A stretch of 64,000 nt of DNA. Origin: an uncultured Acidobacteriota bacterium. Lineage in GTDB: Bacteria; Acidobacteriota; UBA6911; RPQK01; JAPXNP01. Both the position numbers and the translations under genes were made by a program. The notes below the pieces were generated by a model. The model was given only the letters and a program-made list of their open reading frames with translations, did no database searches and was not told where the DNA came from. Positions 1 to 7,563 of this stretch are shown here, piece by piece. Numbering within the stretch: the first letter of the stretch is position 1; each line of letters opens with the position of its first letter. The stretch lies in NCBI GenBank assembly GCA_963723965.1, contig CAVRSV010000007.1, positions 702,251-766,250 of the forward strand, read 5' to 3'.

Positions 1-173
1 TCTCGGTCAGCGGATAGCGGTCCGGAATCCGGCCGTCCTCGGCCCGGCGTCCTTGCGGGCACCACCCTCCGGCCGCCATCCCGGACGCCAGGGCGACGTC
101 GAGAGCAGCACGATCCACCCCCGTTTGCCCCCCGGATACGATCCGCGTCAGATCGGGCCTTCCGCCCGGCATG
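1..173 (-). CDS. Partial (N-terminal 57 aa) SLOG-family / putative molybdenum-cofactor-carrier (YpsA-like) protein; gene continues beyond the window start.
   Basis: Reverse-strand translation from ATG (rc of 171-173) gives [69 protein letters not shown]...GGWCP.GRRAEDG.IP.RYPL is the MoCo_carrier/SLOG hallmark. Not in the supplied ORF track because the ORF is open at the window edge. Confidence 0.55.
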
Positions 174-332
174 AACGTTGGAGCCGGCACTGTTGGAGAA
201 TAGCGTTTCGGGCAACACTGTGGAAGCGGATACCCGAGGACAGCCGGTCTCAGGGGGGACCAGGAAAGGCTATAATCCAACCATCAATGACTTTTGACCG
301 CAGGATCGGCAAAAACGCGAGAGGAGAGAACG

Positions 333-1502
333 ATGGATCAGTATCAGCCAAAACCTGAGCACAAATTCACATTCGGTCTGTGGACCGTCGGCAGTGTCGG
401 ATCGGACCCGTTCGGCACGGCGGTGCGCAAGGCCCTTTCGCCCGTCGAAATCGTCCACCTCCTCGCCGAGGTCGGCGCGTGGGGGGTCAATTTCCACGAC
501 AACGACCTTGTGCCCATCACGGCCACACCTGCCGAGCGGGACAAGATCGTTCGCGATTTCAAACAGGCCCTGCAGAAGACGGGCCTGGTGGTCCCAATGG
601 CCACGACCAACCTGTTCAGCGACCCGGCCTTTCGGGACGGAGCCTTCACGGCCAACGATCCGGAAATTCGGGCCTACGCTCTTCAGAAGACGATGAACGC
701 CATCGATCTCGGTGTCGAGTTGGGTGCGAAGATCTATGTCTTCTGGGGTGGTCGCGAAGGCGTCGAAAGCGACGCTTCGAAGAATCCCGCCGAGTCCCTC
801 AAACGCTTCCGCGAAGCACTGAATTTCTTGACGGACTATGTCCTCGATCAGAAGTACGACCTGAAGTTTGCTCTCGAGCCCAAGCCCAACGAGCCGCGGG
901 GCGACATCTTTCTTCCCACGGTCGGTTCCATGCTCGCCCTGATCGAAACGCTGGATCATCCCGAGATGATCGGGGTCAACCCGGAAGTCGCCCACGAACA
1001 CATGGCGGGACTCAACTTCACCCACGCCGTCGCCCAGGCCTGGGATGCCGGCAAGCTCTTCCACATCGACCTCAACGACCAGGCCTTCGGTCGATACGAC
1101 CAGGACTTCCGTTTCGGGTCGCACAACCCCAAGTCCGCCTTCTACCTGGTCAAGTTTCTCGAGGACGTCGGCTACTCCGGCTCCCGGCATTTCGACGCGC
1201 ATGCGTACCGGACCTCCGACTACGGAGATGTGAAGGAGTTCGCACGGGGCTGCATGCGAACCTATCTGATCCTGAAGGACAAGGCCGCCCAGTTCCGGAA
1301 GGACCCCGAGATCCAGGCCGTCCTGGCCGAAGTCAACGCCGACGACGGATCCATGGACGGGTTCAAGGGGAAGTACTCCGCCGATAAGGCGAAGAACCTG
1401 AAAGCCCATGCCTTCGATCGGGTGGTGCTGGGCGGTCGCGGCAAACCCTATGAACAGCTGGACCAGCTGGTGACGGAACTGTTGCTGGGAGTGCGGGGCT
1501 AA
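333..1502 (+). CDS. xylA: Xylose isomerase, class I (short, Actinobacteria-type).
   Basis: [37 protein letters not shown] signature blocks. ~389 aa from ATG at 333 ([12 protein letters not shown]). RBS gagaggagag and a TATAAT box at 271-276 upstream. Confidence 0.9.
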   Translation: MDQYQPKPEHKFTFGLWTVGSVGSDPFGTAVRKALSPVEIVHLLAEVGAWGVNFHDNDLVPITATPAERDKIVRDFKQALQKTGLVVPMATTNLFSDPAFRDGAFTANDPEIRAYALQKTMNAIDLGVELGAKIYVFWGGREGVESDASKNPAESLKRFREALNFLTDYVLDQKYDLKFALEPKPNEPRGDIFLPTVGSMLALIETLDHPEMIGVNPEVAHEHMAGLNFTHAVAQAWDAGKLFHIDLNDQAFGRYDQDFRFGSHNPKSAFYLVKFLEDVGYSGSRHFDAHAYRTSDYGDVKEFARGCMRTYLILKDKAAQFRKDPEIQAVLAEVNADDGSMDGFKGKYSADKAKNLKAHAFDRVVLGGRGKPYEQLDQLVTELLLGVRG

Positions 1503-1518
1503 CTCGGGAACGAGGATC

Positions 1519-2076
1519 ATGGCTGAGAAACACCTCGCGCGGATGATCCGACTGGTCATCCCCGCCGTGTTGCTGACGGGCTGGCTGATTCTGGGGGCCT
1601 GTTCCACGCCTGCCGAAAACTCCCCGCAGGGGGCGGGCGTGGCCGGCCCCGAAACTCAGGCCGCAGGAAAGATTCGCGAACTGGTCCAGAGCTGGGCCGC
1701 AGATCTCAACCGGGGCAATGCGGCGGCGGCCGCTTCCATCTATGCTCCGGACGTACTCTACATGCCGCCCGGTCAACCCGCCCTGCAGGGGCGCGAGAAG
1801 GTCCAGGAGTTCCTGGACCGGCTTCTGCCGGGCGGCCGGTCCTCTTTTTCTTACAGCTCGCGAGAGATCCAAGTCTCGGGAGGACTGGCTTACGAACGGG
1901 GTGTCTTCGTGATGACGTTGACCCAGGACGGAGCGGCATCCCAGTCCGAGAACGGCAATCTGCTGCGCCTGTTCCAGCTCAGCGCCGACGGGGCCTGGCA
2001 GGTCACCCGGGAGATCTGGAATGTCAGCCTGACCTCGGCGGGCACTGAACGGCAGGGCGCTTCTTCCCGTCAGTGA
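1519..2076 (+). CDS. Lipoprotein with SnoaL-like/DUF4440 (NTF2-fold) domain.
   Basis: Signal peptide plus lipobox (LILGACS); NTF2-like motif YAPDVLYMPPGQPALQGREKVQEFL; good GC3 bias. Confidence 0.6.
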   Translation: MAEKHLARMIRLVIPAVLLTGWLILGACSTPAENSPQGAGVAGPETQAAGKIRELVQSWAADLNRGNAAAAASIYAPDVLYMPPGQPALQGREKVQEFLDRLLPGGRSSFSYSSREIQVSGGLAYERGVFVMTLTQDGAASQSENGNLLRLFQLSADGAWQVTREIWNVSLTSAGTERQGASSRQ

Positions 2077-2094
2077 TGGGAAACGGAGGATTCC

Positions 2095-2469
2095 ATGAAT
2101 GCTCACAGGTCACTTGCCCCTTGGGCCGTTCTGGGCGCCCTCATGGCCGTGTTGTTGCTTTCCGCCTGCGGCGCCCGCCGAGTCAACCAGATCTTGAGCG
2201 ACCCGACCAAGTACGCCCGCAGTGACGTGAAGCTCCAGGGCACGGTGACCGAGAGCTTCTCCGTCCTGGGCAAGGGAGCTTACCAGCTCAGTGACGGGAC
2301 GGGACGGATCTGGGTCGTCTCGAAGAGCGGAGTTCCCCGCAAGGGTGCCAGAGTGTCCGTGAAAGGCCGCGTTCGAGAAGCCTTCGATCTGGGGGGACTG
2401 GTCTCCCTTCCCAAGGGTCTGGACTCCGGCGTGGTCCTGGTCGAATCCTCGCACAAGGCCAAAGACTGA
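2095..2469 (+). CDS. Small lipoprotein (OB-fold-like, YgiW/BOF-like).
   Basis: Signal peptide with lipobox LLSACG; 124 aa; RBS ggagga upstream; coding GC3 bias. Confidence 0.55.
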   Translation: MNAHRSLAPWAVLGALMAVLLLSACGARRVNQILSDPTKYARSDVKLQGTVTESFSVLGKGAYQLSDGTGRIWVVSKSGVPRKGARVSVKGRVREAFDLGGLVSLPKGLDSGVVLVESSHKAKD

Positions 2470-2542
2470 GCTTCCGCACCCCGCACTTAGGCTCCTCCTC
2501 GTTCCACGGGGGAGCAAGGAAACGCCGAAGGGCGAAGGGCAC

Positions 2543-2577
2543 CTAGAAACTAGAAACTCGAAACTCGGAACTCAGCC
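2543..2577. repeat. Tandem heptamer repeat CTMGRAA x5 (rc GAGTTTC-like) overlapping the stop codon and last 7 codons of the olsA-like gene.
   Basis: ctagaaa ctagaaa ctcgaaa ctcggaa ctcagcc; on the reverse strand these encode ...EFRVSSF* of the PlsC-like protein. Confidence 0.7.
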
Positions 2578-3370
2578 CCTCGAACATCCCCTGCACGGCA
2601 TCGTGCAGCTCTTTGGCCAGGACGATCCGATCTCGATCCGCGCCGGATCGAGGTTCGCCGAAGACGACCTGCGCACGGATTCCGTTCAAGCCGAACAGCC
2701 GCCAAAGATGACGGACGAAGTTGTGGTCCTTCCAGTAGGCGATGTCTTCGGACACGGAAATCGCGGGATCGGAAGAACTCCAGCGGATGGCGATCGGGAC
2801 GATGGGGGCTCCGGACTCCAACACAGGCTCCAGCAGCGCAGGATGGAAACGCCGCACACCCTCGCCGCCGCTGGTCGTCCCCTCCAGGAAGATGCAGACC
2901 CGGCAGCCGGACTGAAGCCGTTCACGGATCTCGCCCATGCTCAGCAGCATCCGGCGCGTGCGCGAACGCTGGAGGAAGACCTGCTCGGTCGTCCGGGCGA
3001 GAAAGCCGATTCCCGGCCAGGATGCGATCTCCGCCTTGGCCACGAAAACTGCGGGGGCCAGCGAGGCGAGAAGCAGAATGTCCAGATAGCTCTGGTGATT
3101 GGGGACCAGGCACGAGCCGACCGGCGGCGTGGGGCCCCGAACGGTTTTCTCGAGCCCGAGCCGCCGGCAGATGGCCTCGGCCCATCGACGGAATAGCCGC
3201 AAGGCCTCCTCGCGTCCTGCCATCTTCGGCCGCCCCCATCTCCTGATCATCAGCAGGGCCAGCAGGTAGAGCGTCAGGAAGAGGACGAAACCAAGACGCA
3301 GGACCGCCCTCAGGGGGTTGGAGCGTCGCCTGCCCACGCCGACGGGAGCGCTGGAGTTCTTCATCGGCAT
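2543..3370 (-). CDS. olsA: Lysophospholipid / lyso-aminolipid O-acyltransferase (PlsC family; OlsA-like).
   Basis: PlsC motifs NHQSYLD (HX4D) and FLEGTTS; N-terminal TM helix. Lies 64 bp downstream of the olsB-like gene on the same strand. Confidence 0.75.
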   Translation of the reverse strand: MPMKNSSAPVGVGRRRSNPLRAVLRLGFVLFLTLYLLALLMIRRWGRPKMAGREEALRLFRRWAEAICRRLGLEKTVRGPTPPVGSCLVPNHQSYLDILLLASLAPAVFVAKAEIASWPGIGFLARTTEQVFLQRSRTRRMLLSMGEIRERLQSGCRVCIFLEGTTSGGEGVRRFHPALLEPVLESGAPIVPIAIRWSSSDPAISVSEDIAYWKDHNFVRHLWRLFGLNGIRAQVVFGEPRSGADRDRIVLAKELHDAVQGMFEGLSSEFRVSSF

Positions 3371-3434
3371 TCGCTAGACGACCACCCTGAGACTCGACAA
3401 AGTGACGCCCTGGGCATCCAGCATCACCAGGAAG

Positions 3435-4250
3435 TCAATGGTCCCGAACGCCCGGTCCATGGCTGGTTCGGAAAGCACCTTGGCCCCCAGCCGCAGATAG
3501 ATCTTGAACAGCTTGGGCAGGGGGATAATCCTCCGCCCGCGGCGAAGGCGTCCCCGAATGCCGGGCCGCCGGATCCGACGGCCGACAGGCAAAATCCGGC
3601 CTCGCCTCCACCAGCAACTTCTCGTCGACGGATCCTTGACGACGGAGTGTCTCGAGCGCCCACCACCCCACGGCGGGATCCGTCGAGGTGATCGAACAGC
3701 AGCCAAACAGATAACGCTGATCGTGGAGATTGAGGTAGGCCCCCAGACCCAGCCAGAGCTGCAGGAGTGCGCGCGCGTTCCGATGCTCCGGCGACAGACA
3801 GGCCCGCCCGCACTCGGTCGCCCGGGCGAAGAGCGGGCGCATCTTCTCCAGGCAGAATTCCTGCGCCGAATAGGACCCCAGCGAGGAGAGCTCGGCCTTC
3901 GCCATCGTCTGGATACGATAGGTCCCGACCACCCGTCCGGTCGTCCTCTCCACCAGCACGAGGTGGGTCATCTGCGCATCGAAGGGATCCTCGTCCAGAC
4001 CCGTCAGGGCGGACGTGGCCAGCCCCTCCCCGAGCTCCAGGTTGAAGATCTCGTAGCGCAACCTGAGGGCCAGTTCCAGGCAGCGCCGAGAACAGCAGAA
4101 ACCGGTCACATATCGCGAGCCGGGCGGGCCCTCGACAGTCAGCAGATCGATCTGCTCGCGGTAGCGCTCGAAATCGGAAACCTCACGGAGTTCCCGCATC
4201 CGGAAGGAGTCGATCGCACTCGAAACGGGCAAGAGCACCCCCTTGGGCAT
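3435..4250 (-). CDS. olsB: GNAT-family N-acyltransferase (OlsB / N-acyl amino acid synthase-like; putative-hemolysin family).
   Basis: Pattern RLRYEIFNLELGEG...GLDEDPFDAQMTHLVLVE is typical of OlsB/GlsB/NAS N-acyltransferases; 271 aa; upstream of olsA-like gene. Confidence 0.7.
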   Translation of the reverse strand: MPKGVLLPVSSAIDSFRMRELREVSDFERYREQIDLLTVEGPPGSRYVTGFCCSRRCLELALRLRYEIFNLELGEGLATSALTGLDEDPFDAQMTHLVLVERTTGRVVGTYRIQTMAKAELSSLGSYSAQEFCLEKMRPLFARATECGRACLSPEHRNARALLQLWLGLGAYLNLHDQRYLFGCCSITSTDPAVGWWALETLRRQGSVDEKLLVEARPDFACRPSDPAARHSGTPSPRAEDYPPAQAVQDLSAAGGQGAFRTSHGPGVRDH

Positions 4251-4280
4251 CCCTTCCCGGCAGCCGCATCGGCTCCGGGA

Positions 4281-5927
4281 TCATGACGCCACGCTTGGCG
4301 GATAGGTCCGGCTGAGGCGAAAGTACCTCCAGCAATCGCGCAGCAGCCGACCCGCAGATACACACGACGCACCCCGCGCGCGATTGAGCGAACCAATCCG
4401 GAACAGAATTCTGAACTGTCGGAACAACGTCTTGTAGGCCTCCCCCAGAGGCATCTCGGGATCCCAGATGTGCGTGGCCTCCGCCCCGGCACCATTGATT
4501 TCGATGATCTGAAAGTCCCGCCCCTCGGCCAGATCTTCGGGACTTCGGCTCCGCACGTCCAGCCTCCCGAAATAGAAGTCGGGCATGGAGGAGAAAATCG
4601 CGTCGAGCCGACGGGTCAGAGCCGGCGTCGCCAAACGGTCTCCCCGCCGAAACACCGCACCCTGACAGTGGTTGCCGGCAAAGACCAGGGGAAGCTGCTC
4701 TCCGGGATCGAGGATCCGGTCCAATTGCCCCTGAAACCGCCTGAAGTAGACATGAGTGAAGAACCGAGCCCGCGGATCGGCCAGGATCAGCTCCCTCAGG
4801 GAAAGACGACCGTCTCCTTCCACACGGGGAAACTCCTTGATCGTCACCGAGAAGATCTGACCTGAGGCCTCACCGGGGACACGGTAGTACAGAATGCCGG
4901 CTTCGAAAGGACCTTCCGCGAACTCCTGCAGGAGCAGCCTTTGTGCGACGGGAAAGGCGGCCACGTATCGACGAAGCTCCGACTCGTCGCGAATCAGTCG
5001 GACTCCGGCGCCGCGCTGTCCGACATCCGGCTTGGCCACGAAGGGATAGTCGAGGCCGGCCGTTTTGAGGGTTTTGCGGAGGATCGGCAGGAGCTCATCG
5101 ACGGGTCTCCCCGCCCGATCGAAGCGGATATAGCGGCACAGCAGGCCGCGCAGGGACCCCGGAACCAGATCCAGTATCTGGGCCTTCGATTCCCCGATCA
5201 TGCCCCCTGAGTAAACCGAAGGGTTCGCCGCCGTGGGCAGGGTCAGACCTCGAAAGCGCACGGACAGCCAGAGGTAGTACAGGCCGACGGGAAAGTAGAA
5301 CAGCGGAGCCGGCCAGAGCTCGAAGGCGGAGACGGCGGAGCGGACTTCCGGTGCGGCTTCACCCTTACGGCTGCGGGCGGCCAGCCTTTGAGCGACGATC
5401 AGAACCGCGAGACCGACGATCAGAACGGGCCATTTGAGGCTTCCCAGGGCCGGCAGTACAGCCTCGCCGAACTTCAGGGTCGCGGACAGGAGAAGAAAGG
5501 TCCAGACCAGGGAGGCGAAAACGACCACCAGGGCGAACCTGACGAAGGAGGCGCCAAACAGACCGGCACCGAGATAGGTCGGAAGCCGCATCCCCGGCAT
5601 GAATCTCGAGACCAGGACAGCAGTAACGAGATTGCGATCGAAAAGCCTGCGCGCCTGGGCCACCCGTGCATCCGATATCCACCCCAGGGCCAGCGTCCGG
5701 GGTCCGATCAGCCGACCCAAGCCAAACAGGCCCAGATCTCCGACCGCAATGCCGACGGAAACCCCGATGAGGGCGGTGGTAAAGCCGAGCCTGCCGTCGG
5801 CCACGAGGAGACCGCAGCCGACCGTGGTCGGATCTTCGAGGATGAAGGTGGACAAAGCGGCCACCAAACCCTGCAGAACGGGATGATCCGCCAGGGTCCG
5901 GGTCAGCTCCGCAAGCCACTGAACCAT
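4281..5927 (-). CDS. Membrane DedA/VTT-domain protein fused to a C-terminal ATP-grasp (carboxylate-amine ligase-like) domain.
   Basis: N-terminal ~230 aa are multi-TM and DedA/SNARE-associated-like. C-terminal ~300 aa have ATP-grasp motifs (FVAKPDVGQRGAGV, LLQEF, IIEINGAGAE). Start chosen at ATG 5927 (MVQWLAEL, GGGGAG RBS); the longer ORF to 6023 is possible. Only 30 bp upstream of the olsB-like gene. Confidence 0.65.
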   Translation of the reverse strand: MVQWLAELTRTLADHPVLQGLVAALSTFILEDPTTVGCGLLVADGRLGFTTALIGVSVGIAVGDLGLFGLGRLIGPRTLALGWISDARVAQARRLFDRNLVTAVLVSRFMPGMRLPTYLGAGLFGASFVRFALVVVFASLVWTFLLLSATLKFGEAVLPALGSLKWPVLIVGLAVLIVAQRLAARSRKGEAAPEVRSAVSAFELWPAPLFYFPVGLYYLWLSVRFRGLTLPTAANPSVYSGGMIGESKAQILDLVPGSLRGLLCRYIRFDRAGRPVDELLPILRKTLKTAGLDYPFVAKPDVGQRGAGVRLIRDESELRRYVAAFPVAQRLLLQEFAEGPFEAGILYYRVPGEASGQIFSVTIKEFPRVEGDGRLSLRELILADPRARFFTHVYFRRFQGQLDRILDPGEQLPLVFAGNHCQGAVFRRGDRLATPALTRRLDAIFSSMPDFYFGRLDVRSRSPEDLAEGRDFQIIEINGAGAEATHIWDPEMPLGEAYKTLFRQFRILFRIGSLNRARGASCVSAGRLLRDCWRYFRLSRTYPPSVAS

Positions 5928-6215
5928 CGCCAGTACTCCCCAGAATGAGATCCACCCCGATGCGGAGGGGGCGCTTGGGAGCAGCCACTTCCGCCGTCCG
6001 GGGTGATACCGCTTCCCCGGCAACTGTCTCTGCGGCCGGCCACGAGGTGCCTCAGCAGATTACAGTGTTTGAGCCGAATAGAAAAGCCCGGGAGCACGAA
6101 CTCGGCCGGTCCCGGCCGCCGGCGGGTGACGCGCCGCGCGAGGAGTTGCGGCGTCCCGCGATCACCCCGTAGAATCCTTGCGTCGGATAGAATCGAGACT
6201 GCCTGGAGAATCACC

Positions 6216-7385
6216 TTGAACCCCCTCGACCACGCCCTCCAACCCCACTTGAAGGAGCTGTGCAGCGTCGATTCCTCAGTGGAATTGAGCCGTCTCCCGT
6301 TGTACCGGCAGCTCTGCCCCGAGTTTGAACGGGTTCTGGGTTTCGTGCTGACCGGACAGGCGAGGCCCGGCGTGCGTCCCGCCCTTCCGCACGTCCGCGC
6401 CACGGCCTGGAACATCGAGCGCGGAATCGAGCTCGAGGGCATTACGGAGACCTTCCGTCGACATCCCCAGATCGCGGACAGCGATCTGCTGCTTCTCACC
6501 GAACTGGACTACGGCATGGCCCGCAGCCTCAACTCGAAAGTCCCCGTCGAGCTGGCCGAGGCCCTGGGGTTCGATTTTGCATTCGCCCCCTCTTACCTGA
6601 ATCTCGAAAAAGGCAGCGGACTCGAGGCCACAGCCAAGGGCTCCAATGAATTCGGTCTCCACGGAAATGCGATCCTTTCCCGCTTCCCCCTGCACGAGGC
6701 CCACTCGGTCGCGCTTCCGAACGGGAAAGACAAAATGCGTGGCAAGGAGAAGCGTCTGGGCTGCCAACGGGCGGTCATCGCCCTCGTCGACCATCCCTGG
6801 GGAAAATTTCGGGCCGTCAGCGTGCATCTCGACGCTCACTCCACCCAAAAGCACCGCATGTACCAGATGCGCCTGGTACTGGACGACCTGGACCGATTCC
6901 ACCCCGAACTCCCGGCGCTGATCGGCGGCGACTGGAACACATCAACCTACAACTCGCGCAACGCCCTTTTCTCGATCCTCGGCTACGTTCGCCGGGTGCT
7001 GATGGGGGTACGACACGTCATCCGCAATCACTATCCACACCCCGATCGCTGGTTCGAGCGTCACCTGTTCCGCGAATTGGAGCGACGGGGGTTCCGCTAC
7101 CGCGAATTCAACCAGCCCGGAGGCTGCACCCTGCACTACGACGTCGCCGATCTGGCCGCCAACGGCCGCATGGCGGACTGGATCCCCAACTGGTGCTTCT
7201 GGTTCATCAACTGGGCCCTGGCCAAAAACGACGGCCGCTGCTCCTTCAAGCTCGACTGGTTCGCGGGCCAGGGAATCGAGACCGTACCGGGTCTGGCGCC
7301 CCGCGTGATCACCGACGTCAATGCTGCAGACCGATGCCTGTCCGATCACGATCCCATCGTGCTCGATTTTCGACTTGCCCGCTGA
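6216..7385 (+). CDS. Endonuclease/exonuclease/phosphatase (EEP) family protein.
   Basis: EEP-fold motifs (WNIERG, LLTELD, GDWN, SDHDPIVLDF). TTG start at 6216 with GGAGA RBS; upstream part of the long ORF is Arg-rich noise overlapping the previous gene. Confidence 0.6.
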   Translation: MNPLDHALQPHLKELCSVDSSVELSRLPLYRQLCPEFERVLGFVLTGQARPGVRPALPHVRATAWNIERGIELEGITETFRRHPQIADSDLLLLTELDYGMARSLNSKVPVELAEALGFDFAFAPSYLNLEKGSGLEATAKGSNEFGLHGNAILSRFPLHEAHSVALPNGKDKMRGKEKRLGCQRAVIALVDHPWGKFRAVSVHLDAHSTQKHRMYQMRLVLDDLDRFHPELPALIGGDWNTSTYNSRNALFSILGYVRRVLMGVRHVIRNHYPHPDRWFERHLFRELERRGFRYREFNQPGGCTLHYDVADLAANGRMADWIPNWCFWFINWALAKNDGRCSFKLDWFAGQGIETVPGLAPRVITDVNAADRCLSDHDPIVLDFRLAR

Positions 7386-7454
7386 ACGGGCCTTGCGGCT
7401 CCCTGAAGCCCGCACTTCACACCTCGCCCTTTGAAGTTCGACGTTGTGCGGGGA

Positions 7455-7517
7455 GATCGGGAGGCGGGAAAGGGGAGACGGGAAACGGGAGTCGGGAAAC
7501 GGGAAACGGGAGGCGGG
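7455..7517. repeat. Tandem heptanucleotide repeat array, ~9-10 copies of ARNCGGG, in a convergent intergenic region.
   Basis: cgggagg cgggaaa ggggaga cgggaaa cgggagt cgggaaa cgggaaa cgggagg cgggagt read directly from the sequence. Confidence 0.8.
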
Positions 7518-7563
7518 AGTGTAGTGCCCCCCGAAACGTAGAGACTCGGAACTGGAAACCGGG

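Noticed and set aside
270-1607. Long ORFs antisense to or overlapping xylA (270-1607 -, 380-1387 +, 394-696 +).
   Set aside because: Arg/Gly/Pro-rich translations typical of off-frame reading of high-GC coding DNA; the xylA frame has unmistakable family motifs.
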